Assembly: GCA_964625065.1 (NCBI GenBank)
Contig: CAZUZL010000002.1
Coordinates: 58,067 to 122,066, forward strand
Reading direction: 5' to 3'
DNA from: an uncultured Candidatus Saccharibacteria bacterium
GTDB lineage: Bacteria > Patescibacteriota > Minisyncoccia > Phycocordibacterales > UBA9973
DNA length: 64,000 bases
Every line of letters begins with the position of its first letter. Position 1 is the stretch's first letter. Below are positions 30,855 to 40,383 of the stretch, piece after piece. The position numbers and the translations under genes are program-made. The notes below the pieces were generated by a model that searched no databases, was not told the DNA's origin, and saw only the letters and a list, made by a program, of their open reading frames with translations.

Positions 30855-31734
30855 TTTTAATTTTACCTCCTAATGTACGCAATTCGTTAAATGCATGTTT
30901 ATAGTCCTCTACTGCAGTCTTAGCATTTGGGGCGTAACCATGCCAATGGTAGTCGCGTTCAAATTCAGGTACACCCTTGCCAGGTATAGTGCGGGCAATT
31001 ATAACTGAAGGCTTTTCAAATATTGCTTTGGCGCGGTTTACAGCATTATCAATGTCTGCAAAATTATGGCCGTCTATTTCCTGGACATGCCAGTTGAAAG
31101 ATTCCCATTTTTTAGCAACACTGTCTACAGGCATTACATCTTCGGTATAACCGTCGATCTGTATGTTGTTACGGTCGACAATGGCAATAATGTTATGTAA
31201 TTTATATTTTGCTGCTAGCATTATTGCTTCCCAGTTTTGACCTTCGTCTAGTTCGCCGTCACCCAGTAAACAGTAAATTGTTTTTTCAGTTTTTGCGCCA
31301 GAATCAATACGGTCCGCTAATGCCATACCAACAGCTTGCGACAAACCAGAACCAAGCGGGCCTGAAGAGTTTTCTAAATATGGTAAAAACTCGCGGTGTG
31401 GGTGACCCTGCAAACGACTGCCAAACTTGCGTAATGTTTTTAATTCTTCAACTGGAAAATACCCACTGTGGGCCATAGCTGCATATAACACAGGGTTTAT
31501 GTGGCCGTTAGATAGTACCAACCTGTCACGTTCGGGCCATAGTGGGTTTACAGGGTCGTGGCGCATGCCATGGAAATATAAATACGTAAACACGTCTGCC
31601 ATACCCAACGGACCCGCTGTGTGGCCACTGCCGGCTGCTAGTAACATAGTAATAATAGACTCACGTACATCGTTAGCTTTTTCTTGTAGATCAAGTATTT
31701 GCTTGTCGTTTAACATGTATACATTATACACCAT
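30841..31734 (-). CDS. Transketolase N-terminal (TPP-binding) subunit.
   Basis: 297 aa with TPP-binding motifs (GHTAGPLGMADV, GDGELDEGQNWEA). Confidence 0.8.
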   Translation of the reverse strand: MVYNVYMLNDKQILDLQEKANDVRESIITMLLAAGSGHTAGPLGMADVFTYLYFHGMRHDPVNPLWPERDRLVLSNGHINPVLYAAMAHSGYFPVEELKTLRKFGSRLQGHPHREFLPYLENSSGPLGSGLSQAVGMALADRIDSGAKTEKTIYCLLGDGELDEGQNWEAIMLAAKYKLHNIIAIVDRNNIQIDGYTEDVMPVDSVAKKWESFNWHVQEIDGHNFADIDNAVNRAKAIFEKPSVIIARTIPGKGVPEFERDYHWHGYAPNAKTAVEDYKHAFNELRTLGGKIKSEHQ

Positions 31735-31787
31735 ACAACTGAACTGTAATAGTAAAAATACTACACACAGCGTAGTATTTTTACTAT

Positions 31788-31940
31788 TTATTTTTTCTTT
31801 TGTGTAGGTTTTTTAACCTCAATTAAATCTTGCAGTTCTTTTAGTAGTTTTTTATCTTTCACCACCAATGCCGCCACAGTAACCGGCCCAGCTACCGGCC
31901 CCCGCCCCACTTCGTCTATGCCTACCACGTATTTTTTCAT
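31788..31940 (-). pseudogene. rnhB: Truncated RNase HII N-terminal fragment.
   Basis: Hand translation gives MKKYVVGIDEVGRGPVAGPVTVAALVV... (50 aa then stop), matching the RNase HII catalytic N-terminus. The segment is locally GC-rich. Confidence 0.4.
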
Positions 31941-31958
31941 ATATTTATAATACCACAC

Positions 31959-32690
31959 CCAGATAGTGCTTCAGGCACTATCTGGTAAATTATCTTCTTC
32001 TAACAATGACTGTTTACCCCGTTCTTTTCTTATTATAGAAACTATTTCTTTACAGTATTTTTCAAAACCTTTTACACCACCAAATGTTTTTAATATATTT
32101 TCACCTTCTGTTTTTGATATTACATTAAAATTATTATTTTTATATTCTGAACTACCAGCGAAAACTAGGTGTGATTTTTCCAAAGGTACATCATGTACTT
32201 CATTGTTAAAATTTACATAACCAATTAATTTCTTAAAATAATTATCATCATAGATATGATGCGACTTAAAAGTTCCTTGGAACAATGACCCTGTTCGTGA
32301 ATATTTCGCATTAAAATAATTTGTGTAACCTCCTAATGATTTTTGCATAAACTTAGAAATACCTCCATTTTCCAACTGTTTCAAAATAAAATGAAAATGA
32401 TTCGGATTTAAACAACACGCTGCTATAGCAACTAATGACTGATTACCAGATAGGACTTTAGGTCCTATCTGGTTCTTTGTTTTTCTTACGTTTGACAAAC
32501 TATTTACAATTTCAACATCATTAAACTCGAGAATACTTTCAATAAATCGTTCTAAATCTTCCTTACACATAAAAATATCACGCTTATCAACACCACGATT
32601 GTATATATGATAATATTCTCCTGTTACTAATGCTTCTTTTCTCATAAAGTAATTATACTACTTTCTAGATAGGACCTAAAGTCCTATCTG
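31959..32690 (-). mobile_element. Second IS200/RAYT-like element with flanking palindromes.
   Basis: A paralogous transposase lies within. A palindrome at 31959-31985 overlaps its stop. The hairpin agataggacctaaagtcctatct sits at 32667-32689, and an exact inverted copy of it lies inside the CDS at 32449-32471. Confidence 0.5.
31971..32645 (-). CDS. Y1 HUH transposase (IS200-like/RAYT-like), paralogue of the 11413-12099 gene.
   Basis: 224 aa with GEYYHIYNRG and NHFHFIL HUH motifs. TATAAT lies 6 nt before the ATG. Confidence 0.7.
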   Translation of the reverse strand: MRKEALVTGEYYHIYNRGVDKRDIFMCKEDLERFIESILEFNDVEIVNSLSNVRKTKNQIGPKVLSGNQSLVAIAACCLNPNHFHFILKQLENGGISKFMQKSLGGYTNYFNAKYSRTGSLFQGTFKSHHIYDDNYFKKLIGYVNFNNEVHDVPLEKSHLVFAGSSEYKNNNFNVISKTEGENILKTFGGVKGFEKYCKEIVSIIRKERGKQSLLEEDNLPDSA

Positions 32691-32746
32691 TGGATATTTC
32701 AACAAAAAAAACCGAACAACAATGTTGTTCGGTTTAGTATTAAATT

Positions 32747-33067
32747 TTATAGTCGATGCGATATAAGCAACAACGTTAGTATATTGTCATGGCAACTTGG
32801 GTGTGGTATGGCTCTAATGTCAGTTTCTAATAAGAAATGTTTTGGGTGGTGCATTTGTTGATGCATAAAGTAAAGTCTAATCAGTGCTTTGCTTATCTTC
32901 CTCCAGGTTTTATCTAATTCACAATTTCTTTCGAAATGACCCCAAAATCTATCATTTCGGACCCAATCTATTTGTTGAGCTAACCGAAACTCTAGATCTT
33001 GTATTTCTTGCCAAATGTCTTCTTCTTTTTTATTTGAAGTATTTTTTATTAATATTTTATGTATCAT
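32747..33067 (-). CDS. Hypothetical protein.
   Basis: 106-aa His-rich ORF adjacent to the transposase. Confidence 0.35.
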   Translation of the reverse strand: MIHKILIKNTSNKKEEDIWQEIQDLEFRLAQQIDWVRNDRFWGHFERNCELDKTWRKISKALIRLYFMHQQMHHPKHFLLETDIRAIPHPSCHDNILTLLLISHRL

Positions 33068-33281
33068 ATTACTTAGTTATTTTGACCTAACTTTACCCAT
33101 ATACAACCCGTTTGTCAACATTTCGTCAGTTCGAGTAAAAGCGTATAATAGTGTCACATGGATCCCGTTAGAAGCCGCGGCCGCAGTTACTGGGAATTAT
33201 TATGAAAACATACACAAAACCAAATTACAAACATAATCAAGCAAATCGCGCTCTGTTGACCGCGACCTGCTTCTAAACGGG

Positions 33282-36200
33282 ATGGACGCCCCTTTTACCC
33301 ATCTACATACCCATTCGCACTATTCCCTACTAGATGGGCTTTCTAAAATACCCCAGCTTGTTAAGGCTGCAAAGGCCGACAACATGCAAGCAATTGCATT
33401 AACCGACCACGGCAACCTATATGGCGCCATCGAGTTCTACCAGGAATGCAAAAAGAAAGAAATAAAACCCATCATAGGTGTCGAAGCATATGTTGCACCA
33501 CGCGGACGTAATGACAAGGACCCCGGCATCGACAACAAACGTTACCACCTGACGCTGCTGGCAGAAAACATGACTGGTTATAAAAACATTATTAAACTAG
33601 TTTCGTTAGCGTACACCGAAGGTTTTTATTACAAACCACGCATGGACAAAGAAATACTTCGCACATACAGCGAAGGTATAATTTGTTTAACTGGTTGCCC
33701 TGGTGGTGAACTAGCACAGATGTTGTTGCAAAAAAATATTCCAAAAGCTAAAGAAGTTTTAGAAGAATGGATAGATATTTTCGGTAAAAATAATTTGTAT
33801 ATCGAAGTAATGAACCATGCCGAAATCGAAGGTTACCAAGAAGTTATACAACACCTTATTGCCTTGTCCAAGGAATACAACGTACCACTAGTTGGCACAT
33901 GGGACGCACACTACCTACACGTTAGCGACGCCGAGGCCCAAGACACATTGGTAGCTATAAACACCGGTAGCGACCTGGCAAACATGAAGATGAGTATGAA
34001 GAACGGAAACTATTCGTTTATTACATCTGCCGAAGCATACGAGTTTTTCAAAGACATTCCTGGTGCATACGACAACACAGCTGTTATAGCAGAACGTTGT
34101 AATTTAGAACTTACATTAGGCAAATTCTTCTTCCCAGAATTTATATTACCCCCAGGTGCTAATGCAGACGACGTACTACGCGACACTGCATATGCAGGTA
34201 TACAAACACGCAGAATAGAAATGGACGAAACTGTAAAGGAACGCCTGAACTACGAACTAGAAGTTATAAAAACCAAAGGTTATTCGTCGTATTTCTTAAT
34301 CATGCACGACCTGATGCGCCATGCACGTGAAAACGGAATTTTAACAAACACTCGTGGATCAGCGGCGGGGTCTTTTGTTTCGTATGTATGTGGCATTACA
34401 AACGTTGACCCAATTTTATATAAACTACCTTTTGAACGTTTCCTAAACCCATTCCGTCCATCCGCACCCGACATCGACCTGGACATTGCAGACGACAGAC
34501 GCGACGAACTTATCGAGTATGCTAGACAAAAATACGGTGCAGAAAAAGTAGCCCAGATCGGTACGTTCGGTACTATGGCTGCCCGCGGTGCTGTACGCGA
34601 CGTAGCACGCGCGTTAGGTTACCCATACACTACAGGCGACAGAATAAGTAAAATGATACCCATGGGTAGCCAAGGTTTTCCAATGACACTAGACCATGCA
34701 TTAGAAATTGTACCTGAACTTAAAGAAGCATATGACAGTGAACGTGATGTAAAAACCATTATTGATCTAGCTAAAAAAATAGAAGGCTCTGCACGCCACA
34801 TTTCTGTGCACGCTGCCGGCGTGGTTATTGCCCCTGGTCCACTAACAGACTTTACACCCGTACAGTTCGACCCCAAGGGTGGCAAACTTATAACCCAGTA
34901 CGACATGTATTCAGTCGGTGAAGACGGCGTTGGTTTAACTAAATTCGACTTCCTGGGTATTCGTAACCTGGCATTTCTTGCATCCAGCGTACTACTACTT
35001 GAAAAAATAACTGGCAAAGTTATAGACCTAGACACTGTACCAATAGACGACAAAAAAACTTTTGAAATGCTTGCCCGCGGAGAAACAGAAGGTTTGTTCC
35101 AACTTAACGGTTCAGGCATGACACAGGCACTGAAGAAACTAAAGCCAACAACCATACACGACATAAACGTTATGGTGGCACTGTACCGCCCGGGTCCGAT
35201 GCAGACGATAGACGAATACATTGCACGTAAAAACGGAGAAAAACCAGTTATATTCTACCACCCAAAAATGAAGGACTACCTTCTAACAACATTCGGTTTG
35301 CTTGTGTACCAAGACGACTTATTGTTTACGGCTATCGAACTAGCTGGTTACGACTGGGGTGAAGTGGACAAATTCCGTAAAGCCGTTGGTAAAAAGATTC
35401 CTGAAGAAATGGCCAAACAACACGTAAAGTTCGTTGAAGGTTGTCAAAAATGTTCTGGACTAACACCACAACAAGCCGAAAAAATATGGACACTGTTTGA
35501 ACCTTTCCAAGGTTACGGTTTTAACAAAGCCCATGCTGCGTCATATGGCAAGGTTGCGTACCAGACTGCATATATGAAGGCTAACTACCCTGTTTACTAT
35601 ATGACAGCCATGTTAACAGCTGAATCAGGCGACATTGAAACCATTGGTATATACATCAACGAATGTCGGCGTATGGGTCTGAATATACTACCCCCATCTA
35701 TAAACGAAAGTTTCCACGCTTTTACTATTGCTAAGGAAGACGGTGTGGCATTAGACAAAAGTCGTACAATACGTTTCGGTTTATATACAATTAAAAACCT
35801 CGGTGGCGACATCGCCGACGCTATAATAGCCGAACGTAAAGCCCGTGGACCGTTTACTACCATAGACAACTTCCTAGACCGTATGACCCATAAAAACTTG
35901 AACAAGAAATCTATGGAAGCACTTATAAAGTCTGGTGCATTCGACGACCTGGGTGAACGTAACCAACTACTAGTAAACTCTGAAGCGTTATTAGAATATA
36001 ACCGCGAATACGCCCGCAAATCAGACAGCCAATCTTCACTATTTTCTATAGGACTTACCCAACACCAACTTCAACTAGCTGAAACTGAACCAGCAACATT
36101 AACAGAAAAACTAAACTGGGAAAAGGAACTGTTAGGTTTGTACATTTCCGGCCACCCATTAGACAACTTTGCAAAAAGACTCGAAGGCAAAAACACTATC

Positions 36201-36476
36201 GAAGAAATTAAAAAATCTAAGAAAAAAACTGGCATAGTACAGTTAGGTGCAATTATCGAGGAAATACGAAAAGTACAAACTAAAACAGGCGAATTCATGG
36301 CATTCCTTAAACTGTCAGACAAAACAGGTTCTATAGAAGCTGTAATATTTCCAAAAAACTTCCGTGAATTTATAAAAATAGTCGAGTCGTCACCCACACT
36401 AGGCATCGCCGGCCGGACAACAGTACGCAACGACGAAAAAAGTATTGTTATAGAAAAAGTTATAGCGCTAGTTTAG
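33282..36476 (+). CDS. dnaE: DNA polymerase III alpha subunit.
   Basis: 1064 aa with PHP domain (HLHTHSHYSLLDG), polymerase core and C-terminal OB fold. Confidence 0.9.
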   Translation: MDAPFTHLHTHSHYSLLDGLSKIPQLVKAAKADNMQAIALTDHGNLYGAIEFYQECKKKEIKPIIGVEAYVAPRGRNDKDPGIDNKRYHLTLLAENMTGYKNIIKLVSLAYTEGFYYKPRMDKEILRTYSEGIICLTGCPGGELAQMLLQKNIPKAKEVLEEWIDIFGKNNLYIEVMNHAEIEGYQEVIQHLIALSKEYNVPLVGTWDAHYLHVSDAEAQDTLVAINTGSDLANMKMSMKNGNYSFITSAEAYEFFKDIPGAYDNTAVIAERCNLELTLGKFFFPEFILPPGANADDVLRDTAYAGIQTRRIEMDETVKERLNYELEVIKTKGYSSYFLIMHDLMRHARENGILTNTRGSAAGSFVSYVCGITNVDPILYKLPFERFLNPFRPSAPDIDLDIADDRRDELIEYARQKYGAEKVAQIGTFGTMAARGAVRDVARALGYPYTTGDRISKMIPMGSQGFPMTLDHALEIVPELKEAYDSERDVKTIIDLAKKIEGSARHISVHAAGVVIAPGPLTDFTPVQFDPKGGKLITQYDMYSVGEDGVGLTKFDFLGIRNLAFLASSVLLLEKITGKVIDLDTVPIDDKKTFEMLARGETEGLFQLNGSGMTQALKKLKPTTIHDINVMVALYRPGPMQTIDEYIARKNGEKPVIFYHPKMKDYLLTTFGLLVYQDDLLFTAIELAGYDWGEVDKFRKAVGKKIPEEMAKQHVKFVEGCQKCSGLTPQQAEKIWTLFEPFQGYGFNKAHAASYGKVAYQTAYMKANYPVYYMTAMLTAESGDIETIGIYINECRRMGLNILPPSINESFHAFTIAKEDGVALDKSRTIRFGLYTIKNLGGDIADAIIAERKARGPFTTIDNFLDRMTHKNLNKKSMEALIKSGAFDDLGERNQLLVNSEALLEYNREYARKSDSQSSLFSIGLTQHQLQLAETEPATLTEKLNWEKELLGLYISGHPLDNFAKRLEGKNTIEEIKKSKKKTGIVQLGAIIEEIRKVQTKTGEFMAFLKLSDKTGSIEAVIFPKNFREFIKIVESSPTLGIAGRTTVRNDEKSIVIEKVIALV

Positions 36477-36495
36477 TACAGATACAAAATGTAAA

Positions 36496-36522
36496 AACCC
36501 TCGCGGATAGCGAGGGTTTTTA
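36496..36522. terminator. Bidirectional terminator between convergent dnaE and the hydrolase gene.
   Basis: aaaaaccctcgcggatagcgagggttttt. Confidence 0.6.
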
Positions 36523-36531
36523 CTAGTTCTA

Positions 36532-37095
36532 TTATGCTTGTACGTTTTTAATTTTTGTCATGATAGACATAACTTGGTTAGCGTACTGAGGCACAACAGA
36601 TGGTGGGTTGTAAGTTCGGAGGATACCCTTTACATCTTTGTCTTTATAATAAGACGCTGTTTTAGGGTGGTTACCACCTAGGTGCTGACCAATTTTTTCA
36701 ATTGCAACATCCATTGTTTCAAAACCTACTTTACATGACGCCCATCCCCAGTAGTTGTTGTCATGTGTTTTACATGCAAACTTACCTCCGGTAGATTCAC
36801 GTACTGCAATTGCAGGAATTAGGTATGGGTCAAGGTCGTTTTCGTATGCAACTTCTACCATCTTTGCGCCGTAGCCAGCTAGTGGCATGTTGCGGTCAGA
36901 AAGGTATGTGTCGATTTTAGCGGCTATATCTGCACGTTCGCGCATATCAGCTTCACTTAAAACGGGTACTTGATTCTGTGCATTTACTTCTGTTAAGATC
37001 GTAGCGCTTCCTGGAGTCGCTTGCGCGATGCTCATTGCCATAAGCGGCATTACTATCATTGACTGAAGAAATGTTAAATTGATTTTGTGTTTCAT
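36532..37095 (-). CDS. Secreted peptidoglycan hydrolase, glucosaminidase (GH73)-like.
   Basis: 187 aa with a signal peptide and a region IPAIAVRESTGGKFACKTHDNNYWGW that resembles the GH73 ESGWG signature. Confidence 0.5.
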   Translation of the reverse strand: MKHKINLTFLQSMIVMPLMAMSIAQATPGSATILTEVNAQNQVPVLSEADMRERADIAAKIDTYLSDRNMPLAGYGAKMVEVAYENDLDPYLIPAIAVRESTGGKFACKTHDNNYWGWASCKVGFETMDVAIEKIGQHLGGNHPKTASYYKDKDVKGILRTYNPPSVVPQYANQVMSIMTKIKNVQA

Positions 37096-37211
37096 AGGTG
37101 GGGGTTTTGCTCCCTTAAACCAGTGGTAGAAATATTTTGCCTAAAAAGCAAAAAAACCTATAATCAATTAGTTGTACAAAATACTACCAATTGACTATTC
37201 GGTTATGAGTC

Positions 37212-37246
37212 AAGTATAGCAAATCGAGGTCTAAAAGTCAAGCCCT
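37212..37246 (-). promoter_or_regulatory. Sigma70-type promoter for the 36532-37095 gene.
   Basis: Minus strand: TTGACT, 17 nt, tgcTATACT. Followed by a ~110-nt leader. Confidence 0.5.
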
Positions 37247-37288
37247 AAACATTGACTTTATACTGTTTTGTGTTGTATTGAAATATAA

Positions 37289-37316
37289 AAAACCCTTATT
37301 TTATAAGGGTTTTTTA
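37289..37316 (-). terminator. Terminator downstream of secA.
   Basis: aaaaaacccttattttataagggtttttt. Confidence 0.6.
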
Positions 37317-37321
37317 GTGTT

Positions 37322-39670
37322 TTAACCTTGATTTTGTTGTGTTCGTATGGTCTCGATTAGGTTCAATGTTTCAGCCTTTAGACTGGCTTCCATGGACTTG
37401 AACAGGCGTAGGCCTTCTTTCTTGTATTCTATCAACGGGTCGCGTTGGCCATATGCCCGAAGGTTAACAGAACTGCGCATATAGTCCATAGTTTCTAGGT
37501 GTTCTACCCACAAATTGTCTGTAACTGTAAGTAAAATGCGTCGCAGTACGTCGAAAAATGCATCTTCACCTACTTCTTTGACTTTACCGGCTACTATTTC
37601 TGGTGCACGTTCGTCTATTTCTGATAGAGATTCTATATATGATGTTAATACGGCTCTGTCGCCTTCTACGATGCTGTTACGGCGGTTATATATGGCAGTA
37701 CGCTGGGTATTTAACACATCGTCGTATTCCAAAGTACTTTTACGTGCATCAAAATGAAAACCTTCTATTTTTGCCTGCGCGTTTTCTAGTGTGCGGCTGA
37801 TTATTTTGTTTTCTATAGGGGTTTCCTCTGGTATACCAAAACGGCCCATCATAGACTTCATTTTTTCACCACCGAATATACGAATTAGGTCGTCTTCTAA
37901 TGAAACATAGAATACTGTTTCGCCCATGTCGCCCTGACGGCCTGAACGACCACGCAACTGGTTGTCTATACGACGTGCTTCGTGGCGTTCTGTACCTAGA
38001 ACAAACAAACCACCTAGGTTGCGTATTTCTTCGCTCTGTTCTTTGGTTGAAGGTTTGCCACCTAACATAATGTCCACACCACGACCTGCCATGTTTGTAG
38101 CAACAACAACACTACCCTTGCGTCCAGATTGAGCGATTATTTCACCTTCTTTTTCGTGGTTTTTAGCATTTAGAACTGTATGTGCCACACCAGACTGGTG
38201 TAGGTATGCAGAAAGCATTTCACTTTTTTCTATAGACACAGTACCTATTAGTACAGGTTGGCCTTTTGTTTGTAGTTCTTTGACTTTGTCTGCTATTGCT
38301 TTGAATTTACCTTGTTCAGTTTGGAAAATCTGGTCTACATGGTCTATACGTTTTACTGGTAGGTGTGTGGGTATTTGTAATACGTCTAGTTTGTAGACTT
38401 TATAGAATTCTTCGGCAGAAGTTTCTGCGGTACCTGTCATGCCGCCTAGGGTTTTATAGAAACGGAAATAGTTTTGGTATGTTATAGACGCTACAGAACG
38501 TGTTTCGTTTTCTATTTTTACAGATTCTTTGGCTTCTACAGCTTGGTGTAGACCTTCAGACCAACGACGGCCCGGTTGCATACGGCCAGTAAATGGGTCG
38601 ACTATTATAACTTCGCCGTTTTTAACAACATAGTCTTTGTCCTTTATATATAGCGCATGTGCACGCACAGCAGTTTCAATATGGTGTACGTATTTGATAC
38701 CTTTTTCAGTATATATATCTGTTACACCTAGTAATTCTTCGACATGGTTTATACCTTCGTTAGTTAGTTGTATTGCTTTGACTTTTTCGTCTATTGTATA
38801 GTCGACTTCTTTTTGTAGTTTTTTAGCTATGTTTGCAGAAGTTTTATAAAGTTCGTCAGATTTTTCTGCTTCAGAGGAAATAATTAACGGTGTACGTGCT
38901 TCATCTATTAGTATAGAGTCTATTTCGTCGACTATTGCATATATATGTCCGCGTTGTGTACGTTGTTCTGGTAGGTATACCAAATTGTCGCGCAAATAGT
39001 CGAAACCAAATTCGCTGTTAGTACCATATGTTATGTCTGCCAGATAGGCTTCAGTTCTGGTACATGGACGAAGTTTTTCGTAAACAACACGGAAAGATTC
39101 TTCGTCGTTTGTGTCTTCTGGTGCGCTATGTGACGCGTCATATATATATGAAGTCTGTTGGCCATTAATAACAGACGTAGACACACCTAGAAATGAGAAA
39201 ATTTGGCCCATCCATGTTGCGTCGCGACGTGCTAGGTAGTCGTTAACTGTAACAATGTGTACACCCAGGCCTGTTATGGCATGTAGATATGCAGGTAGTG
39301 TTGCAACGAGTGTTTTACCTTCACCTGTACGCATTTCTGCAATCATACCGCGGTGTATAGCTATACCACCTATTAGTTGTTCGTCGTAGTGGCGCTGGCC
39401 TATAACACGACGTGCAGATTCACGCACTAATGCATATGCACGTGGTAGAACTTCGTCGAGAGTTTTACCTGACTTTATTTGTTCTTTTAGCTTGTTAGTT
39501 TCAATAGGAAAATCTGCATCGGATAGTGCTTGCATTTCAGGCTCAAAAGACGCAACCGATGCAATGATCGGCTTGTATGAAATAACGGTTTTTTCGTGTT
39601 TGTTTTTAAATAGATTCAGTAATGACATGTGTGTATTATAGCACAGAAAAACCCGATACGCTATCGACAT
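37322..39670 (-). CDS. secA: Preprotein translocase ATPase SecA.
   Basis: 782 aa with DEAD-like motor motifs and SecA N/C architecture. TATAAT lies 6 nt before the ATG. Confidence 0.9.
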   Translation of the reverse strand: MSIAYRVFLCYNTHMSLLNLFKNKHEKTVISYKPIIASVASFEPEMQALSDADFPIETNKLKEQIKSGKTLDEVLPRAYALVRESARRVIGQRHYDEQLIGGIAIHRGMIAEMRTGEGKTLVATLPAYLHAITGLGVHIVTVNDYLARRDATWMGQIFSFLGVSTSVINGQQTSYIYDASHSAPEDTNDEESFRVVYEKLRPCTRTEAYLADITYGTNSEFGFDYLRDNLVYLPEQRTQRGHIYAIVDEIDSILIDEARTPLIISSEAEKSDELYKTSANIAKKLQKEVDYTIDEKVKAIQLTNEGINHVEELLGVTDIYTEKGIKYVHHIETAVRAHALYIKDKDYVVKNGEVIIVDPFTGRMQPGRRWSEGLHQAVEAKESVKIENETRSVASITYQNYFRFYKTLGGMTGTAETSAEEFYKVYKLDVLQIPTHLPVKRIDHVDQIFQTEQGKFKAIADKVKELQTKGQPVLIGTVSIEKSEMLSAYLHQSGVAHTVLNAKNHEKEGEIIAQSGRKGSVVVATNMAGRGVDIMLGGKPSTKEQSEEIRNLGGLFVLGTERHEARRIDNQLRGRSGRQGDMGETVFYVSLEDDLIRIFGGEKMKSMMGRFGIPEETPIENKIISRTLENAQAKIEGFHFDARKSTLEYDDVLNTQRTAIYNRRNSIVEGDRAVLTSYIESLSEIDERAPEIVAGKVKEVGEDAFFDVLRRILLTVTDNLWVEHLETMDYMRSSVNLRAYGQRDPLIEYKKEGLRLFKSMEASLKAETLNLIETIRTQQNQG

Positions 39671-39695
39671 ATCGGGCTTTTCTTTACTTAAAAGA

Positions 39696-39800
39696 CTATA
39701 TTTTTTTTGTCTTTTTTGCAGCTTTTTTAACAGCCTTTTTTGCTGATTTTTTTACTGCTTTCTTTGCAGTCTTTTTAACTGCTTTCTTTTTTGTTGCCAT
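39696..39800 (-). CDS. 34-aa lysine-rich histone H1-like/AlgP-like mini-protein.
   Basis: Hand translation gives MATKKKAVKKTAKKAVKKSAKKAVKKAAKKTKKI. It is below the 60-aa ORF-track cutoff. Confidence 0.4.
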   Translation of the reverse strand: MATKKKAVKKTAKKAVKKSAKKAVKKAAKKTKKI

Positions 39801-40104
39801 AAAAATTAATTTGTGTGTGTATTTTTATTGATAAGCATAATGCACGACCTTTCATAATTAAATGAGATTTGCATTACTGCTACATTCATTATCGCAAACA
39901 TTATTATCACTCGCAAATATTTTTACACAAAAACTGTGGATAACTCACACAAAAAATATTTTTTAATTTTAAAAAAAATATTTTATTAAAATAATAATGT
40001 AAAGTAAACTATACACGATATAAAAATGTGTTTTTCTAGTTATATAATATAGCATTAGATTTACAAATTTTATAAAATTTATAAATTTCTAAAAATAAAA
40101 TATA

Positions 40105-40225
40105 AAAAACCAACAAATTTGTTGGTTTTTTATATTTTAAGAAAATTATACACTCAGTGCAGAAAACGGGGCAAACTCCACAAAGCCTATGTGAGTGCAA
40201 CCGTTTTCTGCACAAAATGTACAAT
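40105..40225 (-). ncRNA. Candidate small RNA: own promoter, 13-bp hairpin and intrinsic terminator.
   Basis: Minus-strand promoter has -35 TTGATT (40254-40259) and -10 TATAAT (40232-40237). The transcript holds hairpin gtgcagaaaacgg...ccgttttctgcac and terminator aaaaaaccaacaaatttgttggtttttt (40108-40135). No ORF. Confidence 0.4.
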
Positions 40226-40261
40226 GGGTTTATTATATAGCATATTTAGATTTAATCAACA

Positions 40262-40345
40262 AAAAACCACCCGAAGGTGGTTTTTTGCGGCTTTCAGGAA
40301 AATCAATTTAAAAATATCTTTTCCTGTTGTGGAGTTTATAACTCA
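40262..40345 (-). ncRNA. Candidate small RNA, or terminator-associated unit, immediately after the PD40 gene stop.
   Basis: Minus-strand promoter has -35 TTGACA (40374-40379), a 16-nt spacer, and -10 TATACT (40352-40357). Downstream are hairpin CAGGAAAA...UUUUCCUG and terminator aaaaaaccaccttcgggtggtttttt (40262-40287). Confidence 0.35.
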
Positions 40346-40383
40346 CAAGACTAGTATAGCAAAACTGCAGGATTTGTCAAGTT

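Noticed and set aside
39930-39950. A perfect DnaA box TGTGGATAA in the 580-bp AT-rich gap. Is this oriC?
   Set aside because: There is only one perfect box, which is about what chance predicts for a 64-kb AT-rich window. No dnaA or dnaN is nearby. The region is better explained by the promoter and sRNA-like units.
40140-40260. Could the hairpin-containing region be SRP (4.5S) RNA, tmRNA or 6S?
   Set aside because: It lacks the SRP domain IV motifs (GGAA/AGCAGC context) and has no tRNA-like or tag-peptide features. I kept it only as a generic candidate sRNA.
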